This document shows positions 53,539 through 64,000 of a stretch of DNA of 64,000 nt, piece after piece (the first letter of the stretch is position 1; each line of letters starts with the position of its first letter). A program made the position numbers and the translations under genes. This DNA comes from Lama glama. Its lineage: Eukaryota. The stretch covers positions 77,006,001-77,070,000 of the forward strand of contig CM052817.1 in NCBI GenBank assembly GCA_028534125.1, written 5' to 3'. The notes beneath the pieces were generated by a model. It made no database searches. It had not been told where the DNA came from and was given only the letters and a program-made list of their open reading frames with translations.

Positions 53539-54038
53539 NNNNNNNNNNNNNNNNNNNNNNNNNNNNNNNNNNNNNNNNNNNNNNNNNNNNNNNNNNNNNN
53601 NNNNNNNNNNNNNNNNNNNNNNNNNNNNNNNNNNNNNNNNNNNNNNNNNNNNNNNNNNNNNNNNNNNNNNNNNNNNNNNNNNNNNNNNNNNNNNNNNNNN
53701 NNNNNNNNNNNNNNNNNNNNNNNNNNNNNNNNNNNNNNNNNNNNNNNNNNNNNNNNNNNNNNNNNNNNNNNNNNNNNNNNNNNNNNNNNNNNNNNNNNNN
53801 NNNNNNNNNNNNNNNNNNNNNNNNNNNNNNNNNNNNNNNNNNNNNNNNNNNNNNNNNNNNNNNNNNNNNNNNNNNNNNNNNNNNNNNNNNNNNNNNNNNN
53901 NNNNNNNNNNNNNNNNNNNNNNNNNNNNNNNNNNNNNNNNNNNNNNNNNNNNNNNNNNNNNNNNNNNNNNNNNNNNNNNNNNNNNNNNNNNNNNNNNNNN
54001 NNNNNNNNNNNNNNNNNNNNNNNNNNNNNNNNNNNNNN
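53539..54038. other. Assembly gap, exactly 500 N
   Basis: Directly visible. Confidence 1.
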
Positions 54039-54959
54039 TGTTGGGGATGGAGGTGGGACACAGACACACCTGCACATCTGTACTTTCCTGTGGCAACTCT
54101 GTTATATATGAACATTTGGTTTTATGGTGGTTTAAGCGATCATTTTACTTCACATACATGATGGGCTGTATAGATCTTGTGTAGTTCGATTCAGAAATGC
54201 AACCAAGATGCATATTAGAGTTCCAAAAACCAGTATACCAAGTAACTTTTGGAAAAGTTCCATTCACAGTTTGGGTACTGCCTGCATTTGGAAAAGCTAA
54301 GAGGTTTTAAACATATGGCATAAGAACAGTATTTACTTGTACAATTCCCAGGGCAAAAAATTAGTTAAAAGAACACTGAGCATTGCTCTTTCATATACAA
54401 GAAGAAATATATCAAGTAATATCAATAATATAAGTCCCTGTCTAGGAACTGTGAGGATTTGAAATTGTAAAACATAATCAGGCCTTGAGCAGGGGAAGAT
54501 ACAATAAAAGAACATATAATATTTAGTTAAAAGTTCAGTGAAAGAAAGACTGAGAAAATAAGTAATGAACTGCTGGGTGTATGGTTCAGTTATTTGGGCA
54601 GAGGGCCTCTGTTGGCAGGAGGTCTCTGGCAGTGGAGGTAAAATTTATCCCTCTGCTTTGTATTGATCACACTCTTCTTTGCCAGCCCTCCGCCAAGAAG
54701 ATGTCTGAGGACCCCCAACTACAGCAGCTGTTCTGTGTTTACATATAGAATCCTGTATAAGGGCTGCTGACCTTACATATGGTGTCCAACGACAAAAGAA
54801 AATTTCTGCCTGACTAATCATATTCGTATTGTTCATAAGTGGCATTGGAGCTCTATTTTCCTCGTTGCTTAAAGTTGAATTTTATAAAACAGAATCCTTT
54901 TTTGATTTCCTTTCTTTTAATGATTTTTTTCTTGGTCTTGTTTTCTTTTTTTCCCCTTT

Positions 54960-55090
54960 ATTAATTTTTTTGGGAGGGAGGTAATTAGATTTATTTATTT
55001 ATTTGTCTATTTTTAATAGAGGTACTGGGGATTGAACCAAAGACCTTGTGCATGCTAAGCATGCACTCTACCACTGTGCTATACCCCTTC
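54960..55090 (-). mobile_element. Camelid-type tRNA-derived SINE
   Basis: gggaggtaattag..gaggtactggggattgaacc..gaccttgtgcatgctaagcatgcactctaccactgtgctatacccc. Confidence 0.82.
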
Positions 55091-57267
55091 TCTCATTCAG
55101 TTTCCACTTATTTCTAAAAATTCATGTAACTTTGATATAATCCCTGTATAGAAATTAATTCTAGAGATTCATTTCCAGGCTTATCCAAATGATACATACT
55201 CTATATGAGGACTATAGATATCTCCCAAAAAAAAGAAAAGAAAAAAGGTGAATTCAGCCTTGAAATCGCTGGTTCATCTGGCTCTCACGCCTACTCACTG
55301 TGGGATCTTAGGCGAACTCCATTACTTCTCTAAGCCAGAGGCTCAACATCTGGGAAAAGGGAACAGTGATCTGCTAGCAGGATGGATCTCTGTGAGGGGT
55401 TACTGAGATAATGCATGTAAACTGGTGAGCCTAGTACTCAGTCCGTGCCAACTCACAATAGTAGAGCAGCCTCAGTAACTGCTTTTGAGTTCTTAACCCC
55501 TCAGATTAAGAAAACCTGCCTCAACAAAGTAAGAAATTTGTCCAGGTTCCCCTCTCGGTCATGCTTCTGCTCTTGCTGCACCTCAGCTCCCCTTGAAGAT
55601 GGATGACAAACGTGCAGCTGCCTGAGCTCTGCTCACTTGAGCGCTAGTCCTCTCTGATACATTCTCTCTTTCCTCCTCCCAACAAGCTCAGTCCCTGAAA
55701 GCCAGTGAAATACTAACTATTTTGAGTTAGAACACTTCTCCTGAGTTTACCTAAGGATCATGAGTGGTTTTCAAGTCCCTCGGTTGCAGGTAGGCTGTGG
55801 CCAAAGACGAAAAGTGTAAACAGATCGAAAGAAAAGCCTGGCTAGGACTGCTTGCCAGGGATCTGGGATGCACAGAATCTGTGTGTTGAAAAAGACTTAG
55901 AGCTCCGACTTTCTGTTAGTTGCAGGAATCCTTCCCAGAGCATCCTGACAAGTGGACTTCCAGGTATTTCTTGAAAATTATTGATGGGGGAAATTCCTAC
56001 TTGGAAGCCAGCACACTCCATCTCTAGAAAATCCAAATTGTTGGGAAAATCTTCCCATCTACTGAGCCAGAAGTTGCCTCTAGGTGGCAAGCTACTTTAT
56101 CTAGCTGTAATTCTGGTTCTACCCTCCTACTGATCCCAAATTCTGTTGTCAATCTAGAATCTAGCAGACCTGAGTTCAAATCCCTGTTAAATTGTTTATT
56201 AGCTTCTTCGCCTGCAGAGGGCACTAACGACTCCTTTCTCCCCTACTTCTATCCATCTTCAGGAAAGAGATGCCCTGATTTGGAGAAGACAAATCCAAAG
56301 AAAAGCAATTGATTCACATTACTAGACTCCCTTAGTAATATTATTTTATGAGACATAAAGAAGTCTGCATAAGCGTAAATGATCAATGCACTATTTTCCC
56401 TCCTTTTGCTTAGTGTTTTTCCTGCTTCATCACTGCAATCTTAAGGACCATAAAGGTGAGATTGGGGCATGGGTTGAGGTTGAAAGGGAGAGAGAGAAGC
56501 TTTTCAGCTATTTGGCTTTTGGCATACTACTAGGAAACTGCTTTGGAGTTTGGGATAAAAGCCCCAGCTAATTGTAAAAGCCTGCGTTTGCCTGGGCTTG
56601 TCCTGCTCACATAAATGCCCTCTGGGAAACTTATTGCCTGAGGATTGGGGCAAGGGAGGGAGGGACCTGCAGGCAGATGTGGAGGTAGGATTTAGGGATC
56701 CTGGCTCCCCAGTCATCCATCAATCACTGCTAGCCTCTCTTAAATATAGTTTGCCTGTCTATAATGTGGAGGTAGTTCTAGTTTACAAAGTTGTAAGAAC
56801 TAGAAATAGTATGTTAAGTGCTGGACAAAGAACAAATGACTATCACTTAAGTATGTGAAGACAATTATCAAGGCAGTAAACTGCAGCTCATAGAATTGAA
56901 AACAATACCTCAGATGTTTGCCCATTGCAGATTTCAGTGGAAAACAATGTCACCTTTGCTTCAAATACCACACTATGATTACATTAACGTTTCTACAATC
57001 ACTTGACATTTGGCTCTTTGCAATAAACACAAAGTTACCTAAACTCTTGACAGTCTGACAAAATTTCCCATATCCTTTAAAGCCCTGTTCAAACTGAAAT
57101 CTTCCCTAACCAAATTCTGCTCTTGAAATGTGTGTTAGCCTGGCATGCTGTACACACAGAATTTTCACAATCACAGTCACATTGTTCCAGACTCCTCATC
57201 ATTATAAACTCTGCAATGGAAAGAATTATGCATTCCATAGTGATTGGCCTTTAAATGGCAGCCAGTA

Positions 57268-57795
57268 AGCAATGGAATATTATTCAGCACTCAAAAGAAT
57301 TACTCAGCATGAAAAGACATGAAGGGACCCTAAATGCTTATCACTCAGTGAATTAAGCCAAGCTGAAAAAGACTATGATTTCAACTATATGACATTCTGG
57401 AAAAAGCAAAACTATTGAGACAGTAAAAAGATCAATGGTTGCCAAGGGCTGAGATGGGCCAGGGGATGGCTGGATGAACAGACAAAGCATAGAGAATTTT
57501 TAGGGCAGTAAAAATACTTCGTGTGATACTCTGAAGGTGGATACATGTCATTATACATTTGTCCAAACACACAGAATGTATAACAGCAAGACTGAACTGT
57601 ACTGTAAACTCTGGGCTTTGAGTGATTGTGATGTGATGATGTAGGTTCATCAGTTGTAACAAATATATCACTCTTGCGGGGATGCTAATAATGGAGGAGG
57701 CTATGCATGAATGGTGCAGTAGATATATGGGAAGTCCATGTACCTTCCCCCTCAATTTTGCTGTAAATCTAAAACTGCTCCCCACCAAAAAAATC
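57268..57795 (+). mobile_element. Older L1 (L1M-type) 3' end
   Basis: aatggaatattattcagc..tatgacattctggaaaa..gagacagtaaaaagatcaatggttgcc..tcaattttgctgtaaatctaaaactgctc. Confidence 0.8.
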
Positions 57796-57903
57796 TTATT
57801 TTTTTAATGGCAGTCATTGAACAAATAAGATCTTCAAAAAATGCAAATGAGCTTTTTAAAATTTTTATAATATGGTAGTGTACTGTCTAGAAGAGAGATC
57901 ACA

Positions 57904-58089
57904 GTGGGCAGGTATAGCTCAGTGATAGCGTGCATGCTTAATATGCATGAGTCTTAGATTCAATCCCCAGTACCTCCATTTAAAAAAAATTTTTTTTAAT
58001 AATAATAAAAAATAAATAAATAAAATTAATCCCCCCCAAAATCCTAAATTTTGTTAAAAATTAACTAATTAGTTTTAAAAAAGAGAGAG
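57904..58089 (+). mobile_element. Camelid-type tRNA-derived SINE with TSD
   Basis: ggtatagctcagtgatagcgtgcatgcttaa..ttcaatccccagtacctcc; TSD agagagatcaca at 57892 and 58090. Confidence 0.85.
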
Positions 58090-58702
58090 AGAGAGATCAC
58101 AAACTAGCAGCCAGCAAGATGGGCATGCCATCCAGATGTATTTTATTTGGTAGAGATTCAAGTATTAAAAAATATTTAAACTTCATGCATTATTTAAAAA
58201 TCAGTAGCTCATCCACAAAATAATGGATTACCAGCTTCCCTTGTATATCTTTTAGAAAGCTTTGGCTACAAGTAAGAGACACTTCAACTCAAATTGGCTT
58301 AAAATCAGGTATTTTAAAGGACTATATGATCTGGTGCAATAGGAAGCACCAAGTCCTCCAGGTTGGTTGCTTCAGTGCCTAACCATGCCATTGAGCTGCC
58401 AGGCCCTTTATCTCTCTCCTTGGTCATCTTAGTGTTGACTTCATCTTCAGACTGCCGGCAAGTAACAAGACATTACGTGTAGATAGAGCCCCTGCTCAGA
58501 AGAGGAAAAGAGACTTGTTCTTTCTGTGCCTCTTTTGTTTCCTAGAATCTTCCTAGGAGATATCCCCTCACACCTTATAGGCCATTATTGGGTCACATGC
58601 CTGTTCCTGAAACATTCACCGGCTAGGAGGATAGACTTGCTACGATTAGCTTGGATTAATTATCTGGGAACTTGGGAAAAGGTCAACCTATGTATACTAC
58701 AT

Positions 58703-58939
58703 TTTTTTTTAAATTGAAGTATAGTTGGTTTACAATATTGTGTTAATTTCTCGTGTACAGCATAGTGATTTAGTTATACATAGATATTCTTTTCATATTC
58801 TTTTTTATTATAGGCTATTACAAGATATTGAATATAGTTCCCTGTGTTATACAGTAGGACCTTGTTGTCTATTTTATTTTATATATAGTAGTCAGTATTT
58901 GCAAATCCTAGACTCCCAGTTTATCCCTCCCTACCCCCT
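58703..58939 (-). mobile_element. LINE-1 3' end fragment
   Basis: ttgaagtatagttggtttacaatattgtgttaatttc..gaatatagttccctgtgttatacagtaggaccttgttg. Confidence 0.85.
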
Positions 58940-59199
58940 TACTGCATCTTGAAAAATCAGAAGATCTGGCAACATTGCAACCTTAATTCCCACATAGCAA
59001 TAAATGTCTATAGCTGTTTCCATCCTTAGACTTAGAGAAACAGTCCTCAGTTCAGCACTACCTGCCTGGACTTTGTAAGCATTTGAGTTTACTACACCTA
59101 GTTTGTATTCTTTTATCTGGCAGGAATTTCATGCTAAATTATGATATTTCACAGGTATTTCAGTCTATAGATTCTAGAGACTAATGATGAATGGGTAAT

Positions 59200-59686
59200 T
59201 GTGTTAATGTCTATAGCAATGTAACAGACTTTTGTCCCGCAACTTGGTGGCTTAAAACAATAAGCACTTATTATCTCACAGAGCTTCTGGGAGTCAGGAA
59301 TCTGGGAGTGGCTGAGCTGAGTGGTTCTGGCTCAGTCTCTTATGAATGAGTGGTGATGGGCCTGCAGTTATCTAAGGGCTTGACTGGGCTGGAGGCTCTT
59401 CTTCCAAGCTCACTGATGAGGCTGTTGGCTGGAGGCCTTAGTTCCTCAACATTTAGAATTCTCCATAAGGCCATTTGCAACATGGCATTGGCTTCCCCCA
59501 CTGCCAGTGATCCAAGAGAGCAAGAGAATGACCAAGACTCTTATAACCTAATCTCAGAAGTGGCATACCATCACTTCTGCCATATGCTATTACTCACATA
59601 GTAACCTAGCCTGGTACAGTGCAGGAGGGGTGTGAATTCCAGGAGGTGGAGATCACTAGGCGCCATCTTTGAGGCTGGCTACCACA
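59200..59686 (-). mobile_element. MaLR LTR (MLT1-like)
   Basis: ggcttaaaacaataagcacttattatctcacag..tcaggaatctgggagtggc..gccatctttgaggctggctaccaca. Confidence 0.75.
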
Positions 59687-62191
59687 GATATGTTCTGTAA
59701 AATTGCTCTATTGACAGAGAATTTAAACAGATACTTACTGTAGTGTGACTGTAAGAATTTTCCAAATGCCAAATATCTTGGGAGTGTACTGTCAATAAAA
59801 CAATCACTTTACCAGAAACACAGGGTCAGCTATAAGCAAAGATGTCTTAATTTCCCCAGAATCTCTGTTTACAATATTAGCAGACTCAGTCTTGTTTTTC
59901 GTCTGGTTGCAAGAAAAAAAATTTTTTAATCAATTAATTTAGGTATCCAGACTCCTAGCAAAAGATTCCCAAGTGTACCTGTTGCCTAATAAGACTTAAT
60001 GTGTCAACCAGGCTGGAGTTATTAACATTTTAACAGGGACAAAAGAAAGCATGGAGTGGACAAACGAATTATGGACTTTCAGGCATCCTCTGAACTGAGT
60101 TCCAGGAGAGTAGGAATTTGGATAAGGAAGATGCCTTAATTATATCACTTGTAAGGCTGTCTGTATTAGAATATTGCTGAAGACAAAGAAATAGAAAGCA
60201 AAATAAAAATAGCCATGATTTAATTTGATGAAAACATTACAAACTTTTTCAGTTAAATTGTATTCACCCTCTGTAAAACAACTCCCAAAATCTGGTAATG
60301 CAACAGTTTCTTGTCCAAGAAATTAGCTACGTACATTACTGTTGCTTTCCTACATACCCAACGAACCCCAAAGACTCAAAAGGCTTACATTTATGCATAA
60401 CATTGCTATAACAACTAGAAACAAAATGTACTGGTGGAGCTGAAATCAGAAAGAATTTCTTTTTTTCCCCCTGTTCCATAAAGCAGTTACATTGTGAAGG
60501 ACATATGCCCTCATTTGGGGACTGAAAGATAGATACAGTTTTGAAACAGAGGCTCATTGGCAGTAGTTATAGCTGAGTTGTATAATAAAATAAACTCAGA
60601 GCATTAAAAATATGATGCTACTCTAGACTAGTCTTTATTTTTAGAAGGCTTAGAACCCTCTGCTCAGTGTAAAAAGGCTCTATGTATGACTAAATGTTCT
60701 TTACTATCAAATGGTCATTAGAAAAATGAAATATGGTCAGTTGATCAACAAGAAAAACAGTATTTGGCACATAACATCAGTTCTGTTGGAGCTCACAGAC
60801 GAGTCTAAGAAAAGGCTGGAAGATATGGAAGATGCTGGGTTCCATCTAGGAGCCTAAAATAAGACATGTTAACTAGTAAGGTTTTGATCTGCCAGAGAGT
60901 GGCTGTTAATGTAACACATAGGTCTTGTGGAATGCTTTTCTCCAGAAATGTTTTAGGTAAATTATTTCAAAGAATCAACAATAACTTTGAACAATATTAA
61001 CCTTTGAAACTTAACTAGCTCAACAGGTCATATAATAATTAAAGCAGAAGGAAGAAACCTGTTAAGAAATAGATCTTTTGAAGTGTTTAAAATGTTTAAA
61101 CACTGAAAAGCCACACAAAAACTGAACAGTAACATCCGTTTTAAGAATATAAATAATGCCATGATTCTCAGTTTTGACTGTGATACAAAACAATCTTTGA
61201 AAGCTATGATTTTCATAATTTTCTGCATTCTTTTATTTTCAAAATATTTTTGATATTTAGAAAGAAAGAGGACAAAGAGTAAACGGATCTTTAATGTACG
61301 CTCATTTCATAGCATCCAGTTGATCACTTAAAGATAAACTGACTTTTTCATAATGAAGAGTTTCTCTCAAGTGGTTGGATGGCTTTTTGCTGGCCTTAAG
61401 TAAGCTCTTGAATGAGGCACTGGGTCTTATTCATTTCTGGATCCTCATTATTTAGTACAAGCTTCTCCGTAAATATTTTCCACTGACTCTAGTCTCATGT
61501 CTAGTTCTTTTATCTAAGTCTCTTATCTAGCTCTCTTGATGGTCAGTGGCTTACCTTTGTGAGATGGTTGGGTGGAATTAAATGCACAGGACACAATGGA
61601 CTGCAGAGTTTTTTTCCCCTGCAAATTAAATGGGTTTTCATGGAAAATATTAATAAAAACGAAGAAAGCTCACTTTTTTTAGAACACTTTATTTTGCTAC
61701 AAACATGCATTTTCCCATTACATTTCCTTTTTGACTCCCTCAGAAAATGGATTGAATTAATAACTCAAGAAAGTGTGACCGACACAATTTGTAAGTGTCT
61801 GGAGATGAATTTGGAGCAACAACAATTTTCTGAAAAGTACTTTGGTGATGAGAGTAAATCATACAAATACAAAATCAATCAGGGAACTCACACAATCACA
61901 CTGTATTTCTCTTTTTGCAAATACTGGAGAATGCTGAGATTTTGCTGTGTTTTATACAGCTTCACTCTAGCCTGCAGGGCTCGTGAAGTTGCAGAATATT
62001 AAACAATCTTACACACAATTATGAATGAAAAATAAATTGTTCTACTTAAATCAGCAAAAATGAACATATACTATGTTCAGGAAAAGCAAATAAACGGATC
62101 CGATATTTTGGGAAGTTATAAAGCTGAAAAAAGAAAAGTTATGAACAATCCTGCTGTATTTAAAGAAAACGGTGGTTTTAACAATGCTGAC

Positions 62192-62675
62192 ATAGATCGT
62201 CTCTGACTTACAATGGTTCGATGTAATGATTTTTCGACTTTAAGGTGGTGTGAAAGCGATATGCATTCGGTAGAAACCACAAATTTTGAACTTTGATCTT
62301 TTTCCAGGCTAGCTTATAAGGTACGATCTCGTGATGCTGGGTAGCAGGGACCACAGCCCCACCATCACCACAGTAAACAACCAATACACTTAAAGCCATT
62401 CTGTCCCTACACAACCACAGAAAAATGACCATCTTTCACTTTCAGTACAACATTCAATAAGTTACATGAGCTATTCAACACTTTATTATAAAACAGGCTT
62501 TGCATAGATGATTTTACCCAACTGTGGGCTAATATAAGCGTTCTGAGCACATTTAAGGTAGATGAGGCTATATGATGTTCAGTAAGTTAGCTGTTATAAA
62601 TGCATTTTTGATGTACGGAATTTTCAACTCATGTTTATCTGGATGTAACCCCATGGTAAGTCCAGGAAGATCTGT
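62192..62675 (-). mobile_element. MER47/Tigger-like DNA transposon
   Basis: Termini tagatcgtctctgacttacaatgg and ccatggtaagtccaggaagatctgta are inverted; internal ttcaataagttacatgagctattcaacactttattataaaacaggcttt. Confidence 0.7.
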
Positions 62676-63109
62676 ATTTCAAAGAGAAACTCTCATTCTG
62701 GATACTTGACTCTCCCTAAACCTCAGTAACTCTATAGTACAGCTTGAGAATGTTTATGATTGCTTATTATTTGCAAATAATTATTATTTGCAAATAATAG
62801 AGCCAAGATTTTCTCTTTTTGTATAACTCACTAAGTATCTACCATGGTTTGTTCCAAACTGAACTGTCGTGAATGCCAACTCAAACTTTAAATGAACTAA
62901 TAAGGAGTGGAGTATCAAGAAGAATTATAAACAATAAACCTATTAAATACACACTAGGTTAAAAAATACATCCTTATTCCTTCAGATTTGCCTGCCTATT
63001 GAACCCTCACATTCAAAGCTTATGTTAGCAGCATATAATTTATAGGCAGGGGAAGAGTCAAAGTAACTGTCTTCACAATGTAGGTTAAATAATAAGAGTT
63101 GACATTAAT

Positions 63110-63330
63110 TGGACACTTACTATGTTCAAGTTCCTGCACTAACCACATTATCAACCATTCATTTAATACATGTTGATATTTCCCAAACTTCGTAATACAG
63201 GCATTATTATCCCATTGATAAGAGAAAAGAAGAGAAAACTGAGGCTTAGAGAGTTTAATTAACTTGCCTAAATCTATACAGGTAGTAAGTGATTAAGATC
63301 AGATCTAGGCAGGCCCTTAACCACTATGTT
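63110..63330. mobile_element. MIR SINE remnant
   Basis: attattatccc..gaaaactgaggcttagagagtttaattaacttgcc..ccttaaccactatg (MIR core). Confidence 0.6.
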
Positions 63331-64000
63331 ATAGAAAAGTCTTATTTTCACCAGAATTATCCTAATAGTTATCTTCCACCATAAATTTCAGTACAGACAT
63401 TCAATTTGCCATTTCTCAAAGGCAAAGCAAAGATCTTATAGACTTCATTAACCTACAAAGCTGTATTAAACTGAAGGCTGGAATCAGACTTCAGTTAATT
63501 GCAGCTGTGCAGCCATAGAAATGTAGATTTCAGGAACTTGTCTAATTTGAGTTCAGTGACTGAATTTAACAAGTAGATTTTCACACTTTAGCACCAGCTG
63601 AATATATATAGATCTAACCTGTTGAAAAGCTGAAAAACCAAATGGAGAATAATACAGTTAAGGGGAAACCACCACTGGCCACTGAGCTGAACACCTGCCC
63701 CTGGTTATGATTTTATCACCTAGGCAAGTTTTAGTGGCGTAATTTGGCTATTATCAACGCAAACTCCAGGCTCAGACAGCTTGGGTTCAAATCCATCTTA
63801 GTAGTTTACTGTCAATTTGACCATTTGGGCAAGTTACGTAGCTTCTATAAGCTTTCTAAAATTGTTATGAGAATTAAGGGGGATAATTTTTGTAAACCAT
63901 TTATTTGGGTCTGGCTCTTCTGTTCATTTGTTCGAGAGAGAAAGGGATCAAAAGAGTATTTATTAAAGAGAAGGGGGGAAGTATTAGTTCATAAACTGCT

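Noticed and set aside
53413..54184. Five long ORFs of 195-237 aa
   Set aside because: Artefacts of translating through 500 Ns; flanks are L1 or non-coding sequence
61559..62002. 147-aa ORF as a candidate for PRSS12 exon 1 or another gene
   Set aside because: Wrong strand for PRSS12, AT-rich, no signal peptide or kringle cysteine pattern

Overview
AT-rich mammalian genomic DNA, most likely from a camelid judging by the recurring tRNA-derived SINE family. The window holds ten consecutive coding exons (2-11) of PRSS12 (neurotrypsin/motopsin) on the minus strand. They encode four SRCR domains, the RRQKR|IIGG zymogen activation site and the start of the serine-protease domain with the catalytic His. 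All ten exons have GT-AG borders and splice into one open frame; three of them (exons 2, 6, 10) are missing from the ORF track. Exon 1 (signal peptide/kringle) is not visible, and exons 12-13 should lie left of the window. Intron 11 carries a 5'-truncated, disabled RAC1 processed pseudogene antisense to PRSS12. The rest is intronic sequence with SINEs, L1 fragments, MaLR/ERV LTRs, DNA-transposon fossils, microsatellites and a 500-N assembly gap. I found no convincing new multi-gene system. The most interesting local signals are a CpG/GC-rich exon 4 with clustered substitutions towards GC-rich codons (possible GC-biased gene conversion), the antisense RAC1 retrocopy, a solo LTR plus CpG patch beside exon 2, and the missing exon 1 near the gap. 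Repeat family names and human comparisons are from memory and need database confirmation.
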